Source: Thermoplasmata archaeon (lineage in GTDB: Archaea; Thermoplasmatota; Thermoplasmata; GCA-020350865). Taken from it: a stretch of DNA of 64,000 bases. Shown piece after piece: positions 49,219-57,279 of this stretch. The translations under genes were made by a program, and so were the position numbers. How positions within the stretch are numbered: the stretch's first letter is position 1; every line of letters begins with the position of its first letter. The notes under the pieces are model-generated. The model was given only the letters and a program-made list of their open reading frames with translations. It made no database searches and had not been told where the DNA came from. The DNA lies in contig CP070751.1 in the NCBI GenBank assembly GCA_020348445.1, positions 4,985,087-5,049,086 of the forward strand. Direction: 5' to 3'.

Positions 49219-49465
49219 TTGTCGTGGAAAACATTGCTCTTGATACTAATTATGTTTTCCACTATACAGTGGAGGACAGTCATCGTTTGCTCTCAATATC
49301 TGTCCACCACGATGGCTCGGGCGCCCAAAGAAACCTTGGGAAATCAAAGATTTCCCGAGGCCTTGAAAAACATCAGTTTTTCATCGGAACATGGGGGAAA
49401 AAGAAACTCGCCCTCACCTACTCGATTTTTGCATTATCTTATTCGGTAATCTTTAAAAAAAATAA

Positions 49466-49630
49466 TGGAGCCGACGGGGAGATTCGAACTCTCGACCTGC
49501 TGATGTCTTTCCCTCGACCTTTCTTTCATGTGGAACTTTAAATTATATTTACATCTTTTTTTTCATTTACGTTTTCTTAAAGGGTCGAGGGTTACAAGTC
49601 AGCCGCTCAACCGGGCTAAGCTACGTCGGC
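49466..49630 (-). tRNA. tRNA-Thr(UGU) with an 88-nt intron at canonical position 37/38 (49505-49592); CCA encoded
   Basis: Acceptor GCCGACG/CGTCGGC; D-arm GCTT/GAGC; anticodon stem GCTGA/TCAGC with loop CT-TGT-AA; TTCGAAT T-loop; intron closed by CCCTCGACC/GGTCGAGGG forming a BHB-like junction. Confidence 0.93.
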
Positions 49631-49789
49631 TTATGTAATTGATGTTAGTAGATTAGCACTGGCAAGTGGGGACGGTAGGTCACCACGGAGTACCTGACTG
49701 GGTCATCCGGCATATTTTGATCAGACCAGGCAGGTGACTAGTTGGGGTCTGAAAGGCCACCACGAAGTACCAGGCTAAGCTACATCGGC
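49631..49789 (-). ncRNA. Two tandem ~80-nt units starting as tRNA 5' fragments with a shared non-tRNA trailer (candidate split-tRNA pieces or relics)
   Basis: Unit A (49789-49712) begins GCCGATGTAGCTTAGCCTGGT, 19/21 identical to the tRNA-Thr 5' end. Unit B (49711-49631) begins GCCGGATGACCCAGTCAGGT. Both continue GGTACTYCGTGGTGRCCT...CCCCA. Confidence 0.5.
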
Positions 49790-49987
49790 ATATTGTTGTA
49801 ATTTTTTTATTAACATAAAGCCAGATTTTATGTTTAAATATTTTTCCCTCTAATAATATACGTAGGAAATAAATCTTCCCCCCGCATTTTTTTATCATCG
49901 TAAAATAATCGTAAAACACCTGTTTAAAGCCAATAACGAAAGGTTTAAGAGGGAAAAGGGTATACGACGTCGATGAGGTGAATAAAT

Positions 49988-50152
49988 ATGGTAGTAAGGA
50001 AATCAAAGGTAAAGGAGTATGTAGGAGCAGACTTCCGTGTATCAGCAGATTTCTACGATGCCTTAAATAAACATGTAGAAGCCACCTTAAGAGAGGCAAA
50101 GAACAGGGCAAAATTGAACGACCGAAAAACTCTTAGACCTCATGATCTGTAA
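49988..50152 (+). CDS. Minimal histone-fold protein, 54 aa (lacks helix alpha3; face-to-face/Bd0055-like type); absent from the ORF track
   Basis: MVVRKSKVKEYVGADFRVSADFYDALNKHVEATLREAKNRAKLNDRKTLRPHDL; RV L1 loop, long alpha2, RKTxxxxD L2 signature; GAGGTGA SD; T-rich terminator after the stop. Confidence 0.9.
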   Translation: MVVRKSKVKEYVGADFRVSADFYDALNKHVEATLREAKNRAKLNDRKTLRPHDL

Positions 50153-50282
50153 ATGGGGGAGAAATGGGGGAGAATTTTTCTCCTATTTTCTTTTTTTATT
50201 TATTAACATCTCTTTTTTTAAAACTTTTATCTATTCAAATCAGCGTAATCTTATTAAGCCATTATAGTCTTATCAGCCAAAT

Positions 50283-50780
50283 ATGAAGATCGGCGACCTC
50301 GAGGGTAAAGGCAAGCTATACGACGAGGAAGGCGAAGCTATCCTTCAAAGTGATGAACACATTAAAAAAAGATTTTCGGGTTGGTGTATAAACTGGGCAA
50401 CCAGGAAGAAGGGCAAGATTCACGGTATCATGAACTTTGAAGGTGAAGGAGAGTTCATAATAACTGACAGACGTTTGATATTCCTGAGAAAGCCAAGGGA
50501 ATTTCCCCCCGGGTATTGGGCAGTGGGTAGAGAGGCAGGGGGCCTCGTGGGCGATGAGTTACCTGGAGGAGGTGACTGGCAGTATGCCCTGGCAAGATCC
50601 AATAGGGCAAAAGAAAAGGGCGGACTGGAATTTTTGGTGATTGATTTTAACGAGATAAAAAGGATAAACATAGGTAAGGATACAGCAAAAATCTTTATCG
50701 AGAATGATGATAAATTTCAATTGATAATCGACAACAATTCAGGGGAAATACTTGCAGAGTTCTTTGGTGAAGAATCTTAA
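50283..50780 (+). CDS. Hypothetical protein, possibly PH/GRAM-like fold
   Basis: GEFIITDRRLIFL and IDFNEIKRINI patterns typical of PH-like beta strands. Confidence 0.65.
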   Translation: MKIGDLEGKGKLYDEEGEAILQSDEHIKKRFSGWCINWATRKKGKIHGIMNFEGEGEFIITDRRLIFLRKPREFPPGYWAVGREAGGLVGDELPGGGDWQYALARSNRAKEKGGLEFLVIDFNEIKRINIGKDTAKIFIENDDKFQLIIDNNSGEILAEFFGEES

Positions 50781-50802
50781 GCCCACAAGCTACAAAACTC
50801 GA

Positions 50803-52569
50803 TTAATCCTCTTTCGTTTTCAAAACCTCGGGCAGCAATTTTAAAAGCTTGTACACTTTATCGCGCACCAAATTTGGATCTGGATTCTCTTTCGATGGAT
50901 GTGCCACAGTGTTTCTCATCTCCCTAACCTGGTGCATCAATGTTTCGACCTTATGCTTCCAAAGATCAGGATCTTTTAAAAAGAGATATCCATTGTGATT
51001 GATGATATGAATACAGCTGCCAAGGGAAAGAACATCCCAGCTCTTCTCCCAATCCTTCTTTCTGGTGTTGATGTGACCGTGATTTTCACCCAAAAGGATG
51101 GTCACTCCCTTTGGTAGGAGTTTTTTTAGCTTCTCTCTGATATAAACCTCAACAGCATTGAAGTAGACCAGTAGAATCGCCTTTTTTCCGGAATCGGGAA
51201 AATCCTTTCTTGATAGAACGCTGTCCGAGGTTTCTGCCTCACAGAGGAGGGCATAGGCCTCGGAAAATCGCTTTAACTCTTCGAGATTCTTTTTGTCCAA
51301 TCTCTTCTTTACGATCTCCTCGCCGGCTTCGATATCGACTATCTTGCGTTTTACCAGGTCTTCTGCCAGTATTTTGTAGAGTTCATCCAGTTCATAAAGA
51401 GATTTGAATTTGGAGTCCACCCCTATCTTATCCTTTTCTATTGTTTCGATTTGGTCCCTCAATCGATCATATTCAATGAAGATATCACGCTGTGTATCAA
51501 ACAATCCAAACGGTGATCCAGGCACAGGCCGCAGGGAGGTAGCCTTTAGCTTTTGTGCTGCCTTCCTTCTCTCCTCTTTCACTTTTTCCAGACCTAAATT
51601 TAACTCGTGAAAAACGAGGTGATACAGCCCAACGAGTGCCCCTTTATTTTCTGTGTAAACAATGAATTTAAGCTTAGAGGGAGCATCGTTTTTTCCTTTT
51701 GCCGTTACCACAAACTCTAAAGCGTACTTCATATTGTTTTTATCCAGGGAATAGAATCTTGTTATCGACTTATATGGCTTCTCATCTTTCACCTCACTTG
51801 AGACCATGTAAATTGCGATATCCTTGATGGCATCGAGAACGAGATCACTGCATTTCTCACCTGTTAGGGGAACGCTTGAGACTGTTTCCTCTGCAGATTC
51901 AAGTGTGCTGATTACGTTTTGCCATTCTCCTGCTTCGATCTCCTGCTCCTTCAATTGCGGCCATGCGATTTTTATTGTTTTAGGATTGAGAACTTTTTCC
52001 ACGTACTCATCGATACCGGGATTGTAATAGTTCACGGTTCCGAGCACATCTGCTTCACCAGATTCCCCTCTTCTCGACTTGAGCTTGAATTTTATGGTTG
52101 CACTATCATAGGGTCTGATTACAGAGATGCTCTTTTTCTCTTCGTCAATGGAAAATATGTCCTGTGACAGATAGGTTTTTGCCATAACATCGCTTAAAGG
52201 GAAGGCTGTTTTATTATCCACTGTAACCTTGAACAAGAAATTCACGTCATTGTACCCGAGGGCTGGGGTAATTTTCACATCTCCTTTTACCTGCTCCCCA
52301 AATTCTTCGAACCGAGAGGCCCTAGTCACCTTTTTACCCATGACAACATAGTAAAAAAACGAGGCAAAAATAATAATGCCTAAGATAATTTCCCCATACC
52401 ATATGTATGGGATCAAATCATGATCGATACCCTCGGTGGGTGATGGGGAATCGTAAATATAATACAGGAATATATTAAGTTGAATAATGTTGAGGATAAT
52501 TACGACTAATAATATCCAAATCGCAACCTTCTTTAAGGACATCAATCCGCCTCTTTTTTTACCGAACAT
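50803..52569 (-). CDS. Membrane-anchored protein: 2 TM, Ig-like sandwich, alpha/beta platform-like domain, coiled coil, C-terminal Swt1-like HEPN domain
   Basis: N-terminal hydrophobic pair; VEVYIREKL...LSLGSCIHII...MRNTVAHP (RxxxxH). Confidence 0.75.
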   Translation of the reverse strand: MFGKKRGGLMSLKKVAIWILLVVIILNIIQLNIFLYYIYDSPSPTEGIDHDLIPYIWYGEIILGIIIFASFFYYVVMGKKVTRASRFEEFGEQVKGDVKITPALGYNDVNFLFKVTVDNKTAFPLSDVMAKTYLSQDIFSIDEEKKSISVIRPYDSATIKFKLKSRRGESGEADVLGTVNYYNPGIDEYVEKVLNPKTIKIAWPQLKEQEIEAGEWQNVISTLESAEETVSSVPLTGEKCSDLVLDAIKDIAIYMVSSEVKDEKPYKSITRFYSLDKNNMKYALEFVVTAKGKNDAPSKLKFIVYTENKGALVGLYHLVFHELNLGLEKVKEERRKAAQKLKATSLRPVPGSPFGLFDTQRDIFIEYDRLRDQIETIEKDKIGVDSKFKSLYELDELYKILAEDLVKRKIVDIEAGEEIVKKRLDKKNLEELKRFSEAYALLCEAETSDSVLSRKDFPDSGKKAILLVYFNAVEVYIREKLKKLLPKGVTILLGENHGHINTRKKDWEKSWDVLSLGSCIHIINHNGYLFLKDPDLWKHKVETLMHQVREMRNTVAHPSKENPDPNLVRDKVYKLLKLLPEVLKTKED

Positions 52570-52701
52570 AGAATATAGGTAATAGGATAAGAAAGTTTCT
52601 TAGGATTAAATGGGGATTTTGAGATAGATTTTAACATAAATTATAAGTTATTTTCCGTCGGTTCTATCAATTTAATATTTCCATTGTTAATAAATGTACA
52701 A

Positions 52702-53877
52702 CTATGCGTACATTATACGGAATATCTCCGCCCCTGCAACAAAGGTTCCGATTACGCTGCCAATATTTGCCAAGGCTGCCACCATCAAAACTCTAATCAC
52801 TCTGTTATTTAAGAACTGCCTAGTTGTTTCGATTTCACTTAGATCCTGGAAGTCCTTTACCGTCGGCGTCCTGACCTTTGCCTCAACAGCACCTGCGAAC
52901 CAGCCAGCCGCAACTGCAGGGTTCAAGGAAGTGAAGGGTGCAGCAACAAATGCTGTCAAAATTGAATAAGGATGACCCCTGGCCAAAGCGGCTCCAACTG
53001 CCGAAAAAACACCGTTGATTAAAAACCATGTGAGCATCACCCTTGATAGGTTATCCCAATATTCGGGATCCTGGGTGGTAAGTCCGTTGTATACGAGCCA
53101 GAAGAGCAATGCAAAGAAGAGAATAGGTATCGCATAGGCTATTACCTTGCCCCATCTTATCCTCTTTTTCGGCACTGCATTCAACTCTTCAAAGGATGGA
53201 GTATCTTCAATATTAGCAAGATTTTCCTGAATGCCATTCAGATGTCCTGCACCCACAACTGCTACCACCTTTTTTTCCTCTGATAATTCTGATAGTTTCT
53301 TGGCTATGAATGCATCCCTTTCAAAAACGAGAATTCTTGTGACGCTAGGGGCGATTTTTGAAAGCTCCTCTATCATCATTGTTATGGCATCCTCATTCAT
53401 AATCTCCTCGAGGTCTATCTCCTCCTCGTCCGAGTATCCAACCATGGCCTTTGAGAACTCCCAGAAGAGACGGAACTTCTCCCTGATTCCCATGGTCCTC
53501 CAGGCCTTCCTCATTGTGATGGTGATGTCACGATCCACGAGTTCCACTTGTATTTTTCTTGTCTCTGCTGCTTTTATCGCGGCCAACATCTCCGAGCCTG
53601 GCTCTGCTCCGAACTCCTTGCCAAGTCTTCTTTGTATAGAGGCGAGGAAAACCTGGGCCAAGAAGAAGAAGGCCTTTCCCCCTCGGATCATGTCCGTGAC
53701 CGGAGTCTCCTCCCACTTTTTCTTGTTGGTTAGAACCTCGTACCTTTTATCGTCCAGCTCCACGGCCACGACATCTGGCTCGTGCTCTGCTATTGCCTGC
53801 TCCACCTCTTCCACGCTGGCCTTGGATACATGGGCAGTCCCCACGAGCACCAGATTATCGTTTACCACGACCTTCAT
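52702..53877 (-). CDS. TraB/PrgY family protein (archaeal TraB-domain)
   Basis: LVGTAHVS, VAVELD, PGSEM, LVDRDITIT, ERD and VVGAGH motifs; C-terminal TM region. Confidence 0.92.
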   Translation of the reverse strand: MKVVVNDNLVLVGTAHVSKASVEEVEQAIAEHEPDVVAVELDDKRYEVLTNKKKWEETPVTDMIRGGKAFFFLAQVFLASIQRRLGKEFGAEPGSEMLAAIKAAETRKIQVELVDRDITITMRKAWRTMGIREKFRLFWEFSKAMVGYSDEEEIDLEEIMNEDAITMMIEELSKIAPSVTRILVFERDAFIAKKLSELSEEKKVVAVVGAGHLNGIQENLANIEDTPSFEELNAVPKKRIRWGKVIAYAIPILFFALLFWLVYNGLTTQDPEYWDNLSRVMLTWFLINGVFSAVGAALARGHPYSILTAFVAAPFTSLNPAVAAGWFAGAVEAKVRTPTVKDFQDLSEIETTRQFLNNRVIRVLMVAALANIGSVIGTFVAGAEIFRIMYA

Positions 53878-54055
53878 TTGGTTTCTCACTGCTCCAGGTT
53901 TCTTGGTTGAAATGTGAACTTCACCAATGTCTTAATTTGATTTAAAAGTTGGGGGGTTGGTATTGAGAAACCATTAAGGAATTTCACCTGAAAGGCAAAG
54001 CCTTTATATTTAACTGAATATGTTTATCCACAAATATCTGAATTATAATAATAGG

Positions 54056-54769
54056 ATGGAGCAGATGAAGTTCAAGTGGATAATTTATTGGAGAGGTTTT
54101 GAAATTCCTGTGATCACCCTTATCATATTTCTTTTTGCATTGATATGGAGCCTGGGCATGATATTAGCGCCCCTGTCCCTGCCTGCAAACAGTGTGGACG
54201 ATTTAACTGGTACCGTGGGTCCTGTAGACAACGCCGATATCACCGAGGACATGAACCCATATGCAAGGTTCTACTACCAGGCAGGGGATGTAAACTGCCA
54301 CACAATCAAAGAAAGAAGCTTTTTTATAAATGGCAACCAGATGCCTTTTTGTGTAAGGGATGTTGCCATATTCTTTGGGATGGCCCTGGGTTTGGGGATA
54401 GCGCTTTTTAAGGTATTTCAAATCAAATTGTGGTGGCTCATAGGCGGATTGGTTCCAATGGGCGTGGACGGCACTGTACAATTGCTGACGACCTATGAGA
54501 GCAACAACGTTCTTAGGTTGATAACCGGAATACTGGCTGGCCTTGTTTGCACACTGGCCTTGGGTTTTGTTATGTGGGATGTTTCGAAGTCTGCCGAGAT
54601 GAGGAAAATGATGGTTCCACCTCCTGCAGTAGAAGAAGGGGATATTGATCCTCATGTTGAAGAGGGGCCCATACCTAAATCGACAGATCAAGAAGAAAAA
54701 CCTGTTGACCTGGATGAAATGGAGGGTGGAAAAGGGAAAGACGGGGAAGAGGAAAGTATAAAGGGGTAG
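54056..54769 (+). CDS. DUF2085-like membrane protein
   Basis: CH...ERSFFING.QMPFCVRD, PMGVDG and RLITGILAG motifs. Confidence 0.8.
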   Translation: MEQMKFKWIIYWRGFEIPVITLIIFLFALIWSLGMILAPLSLPANSVDDLTGTVGPVDNADITEDMNPYARFYYQAGDVNCHTIKERSFFINGNQMPFCVRDVAIFFGMALGLGIALFKVFQIKLWWLIGGLVPMGVDGTVQLLTTYESNNVLRLITGILAGLVCTLALGFVMWDVSKSAEMRKMMVPPPAVEEGDIDPHVEEGPIPKSTDQEEKPVDLDEMEGGKGKDGEEESIKG

Positions 54770-54801
54770 CCAAAGAAATAGGTTGTAAAGAATGATAAAT
54801 A

Positions 54802-55734
54802 TTAATTCTTTAATACAAAATAAAACATAGCCAAGCAAATGATATTTCCTATTAAGACAATAATTAAAATCAAACCGAAATCCAAGGATGGCAAGGGGCT
54901 TGTTCTAGGATATATTTTTGTAACGAAAGCTAAGGATGAAGTTGAGTTAGGATGTCCTTTGGAAGAAATAATAATTTTAAAAGAATATTTACCAACAGTT
55001 GCATTGGATGGAATGTACATCTCAATCATAAAGTTCTTGGTTTCTCCTGGGGTCAATGTAATATTTTCATTGCTCCCTGTGATTACCCATCCATGACCTT
55101 CTAATATCTTTTCATCTTGAATGTGGATACAAAAAATATCTGGCTCGGTTCCTATATTTGTTAATTCAAAGGAGTGATTTATTGTAAAATCTGGAAAAGC
55201 ATAATTCTCTACCTCATTGGTATCCAATTTGACCCGGTTTTGTATGACATTAATGGTTAAAGACGAATAGTCTCCATAAGATTGTTCAAATGGGGGGTCA
55301 AATGGGTCACCTTCCATTGCCCAGATGAAAATTTTATATTCTCCTTGAACTGCGGATGGATTTGGTATAATAGTACCATTAAATGGTACGACTTTTCCAC
55401 CAAATGTTATGTCTGTATGATCTGGAACAATATCGGCTTTCCATTTATTAGGGACAAGAATCCCAAATTCCACGAAAGTTGGATACAATGAATCCAATGA
55501 TAGGGTAAAATTACCTGATATCGTGATAGAAATAGTACTTGTAACTGTAAAATCCGCAATTTGAGGCCCCTGGTCAATCTCAATAGTAATTTCAATATCT
55601 TCTGCTGCAACCTGGAAAACAGGGACGAAAATAAATGCAGTCGGCCCAAGCAAGACTATGAATAATAAGCTTTTTAATACAGAATTACCCTTTTTTGGAT
55701 GAGTAAACATTATTTTCATCCTCATTTCACACAT
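54802..55734 (-). CDS. Secreted/membrane-anchored protein with Ig-like (CARDB/NEW3-like) domains; AT-rich
   Basis: Signal-like N-terminus; FELTNIGTEPD...LTPGETK; C-terminal TM. Confidence 0.7.
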   Translation of the reverse strand: MCEMRMKIMFTHPKKGNSVLKSLLFIVLLGPTAFIFVPVFQVAAEDIEITIEIDQGPQIADFTVTSTISITISGNFTLSLDSLYPTFVEFGILVPNKWKADIVPDHTDITFGGKVVPFNGTIIPNPSAVQGEYKIFIWAMEGDPFDPPFEQSYGDYSSLTINVIQNRVKLDTNEVENYAFPDFTINHSFELTNIGTEPDIFCIHIQDEKILEGHGWVITGSNENITLTPGETKNFMIEMYIPSNATVGKYSFKIIISSKGHPNSTSSLAFVTKIYPRTSPLPSLDFGLILIIVLIGNIICLAMFYFVLKN

Positions 55735-55830
55735 GTAAATTATTAATAATGAATAAATTGGTAAGAGATTTTGACTCTTAATTTACAAGACTCATAACAA
55801 CCTATTAATCTCTTCAAATCACTCACCCTT

Positions 55831-57129
55831 TTGATGAACGACACCCTGGAATTTCTCAAAAAACGTTTTTCTGACTACTACAAGGAGGCGAACCTCTACC
55901 TGCCTGACAGGTTCGGGAAAAGGGAGTGGGGTTTTATGTTTTTGGGGGAGGGGTTCATGAAGAGGCATATGGCCTTTCAGAATAGGGAGGGATTGAGAGA
56001 TTTTCTTGTTAATAAAATACCTGCCCATGTGTACCACTCAGCAGCATACTACGAGAAACCAAATGCATCTACAATGCAGGAGAAGAACTGGCTCGGTGCA
56101 GATCTCATATTTGATTTGGATGCTGATCACATCAAAGGTGCCGAGGGTATGACCTACGAGGAGACTTTGCAGAAAGTGAAGGAGGAGTTTATAAGACTTA
56201 TCGACGACTTTCTTTTGGATGATTTTGGATTTTCCCAGGATCAGCTGGAGATAATATTTTCAGGGGGCAGGGGATATCATATCCACATCAGGGATCCAAG
56301 GGTAATTCAGCTTTCAAGCCACGAGCGGAGAGAGATCGTGGATTATATCACTGGGAAGGAAGTAGATATGGAATTGATCTTCCCAGAGACCGCCTATGAT
56401 AAAAAAACCTACATTGATAAAAAAACCTCCACCGAGCATGTAACAATAAAGAAGAAAGTGATGATGCCCGAGGAGGATGCAGGTGGCTGGAAGAAAAAAA
56501 TGAGGGAGGGTATGAGAAGACTAACTGACGAGCTAGAGAATATCGGCAAGGCTGAAGCCATAAAAAGACTTTGTCTATTCGAGGGTATTGGAGAGAAGAC
56601 CGCGAAAGGAATCTACATTGACCTTTTTGAGGGACCCAAGGGGGAAAGAGGTGTCGACAGGATGTGGGGCGAAGAGAACCTGGAGATATTCTCAAGTGAC
56701 AAACATCAGAATTTCTTTCTCTTAATTGTCAAAGGCGAGATTGGTATTAAAATGGAGGGTGATGAAGGTCAGGCCAGCCAAGAATCTATTGAGAGCCTTA
56801 TAGTAAAAGAGAAGCTTGAAGGTGAGACAGATGAACCCGTTACCTCCGATATAAGGAGGCTAATTCGCCTTCCATCTTCACTTCATGGCAAAACTGGTTT
56901 TGTGGTGAAGCCATTGTCCCGTGATGAACTAAACGACTTTGAACCCCTCAGGGACGCTGTCTGCGGGATATTCTCGGACGATCCTATAAAGATCGAAGTT
57001 ACTAAACCTGTAAATATAAAACTAAAAAATGAAGTCTTCAATCTAAAGGAAGGAGAAGCAGAGGTTCCAGAGTTTGCAGCGATATTTCTTTTATGCAGAA
57101 AAAACGCGCAAATACCCCAAAAGACATAG
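55831..57129 (+). CDS. priS: DNA primase small (catalytic) subunit
   Basis: REWGF, YHSAAYY, LIFDLDAD, FSGGRGYH and D..VT.DI.RLIRLPSSLHGKTG motifs. Confidence 0.96.
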   Translation: MMNDTLEFLKKRFSDYYKEANLYLPDRFGKREWGFMFLGEGFMKRHMAFQNREGLRDFLVNKIPAHVYHSAAYYEKPNASTMQEKNWLGADLIFDLDADHIKGAEGMTYEETLQKVKEEFIRLIDDFLLDDFGFSQDQLEIIFSGGRGYHIHIRDPRVIQLSSHERREIVDYITGKEVDMELIFPETAYDKKTYIDKKTSTEHVTIKKKVMMPEEDAGGWKKKMREGMRRLTDELENIGKAEAIKRLCLFEGIGEKTAKGIYIDLFEGPKGERGVDRMWGEENLEIFSSDKHQNFFLLIVKGEIGIKMEGDEGQASQESIESLIVKEKLEGETDEPVTSDIRRLIRLPSSLHGKTGFVVKPLSRDELNDFEPLRDAVCGIFSDDPIKIEVTKPVNIKLKNEVFNLKEGEAEVPEFAAIFLLCRKNAQIPQKT

Positions 57130-57279
57130 ATTTCAAGGGATATTCCCCTATTTTTCCTTTTGCGTAATATTAAGTAAAACAATATAAACTATCATTTTAA
57201 TATAATTGTATAGAAATGCTTAATATGTTGGAAATATTTGAGAATTTGAAGGTAACTGTACTTATAAGTGTGATGCGAA

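Noticed and set aside
49505-49592. Box C/D guide RNA in the tRNA-Thr intron
   Set aside because: Only degenerate AUGAAA stretches and no CUGA D box.
49631-49789. Units A and B as complete tRNA genes or as a CRISPR mini-array
   Set aside because: Neither has a 3' acceptor strand, anticodon arm or T-loop. There are only two degenerate units and no cas genes.
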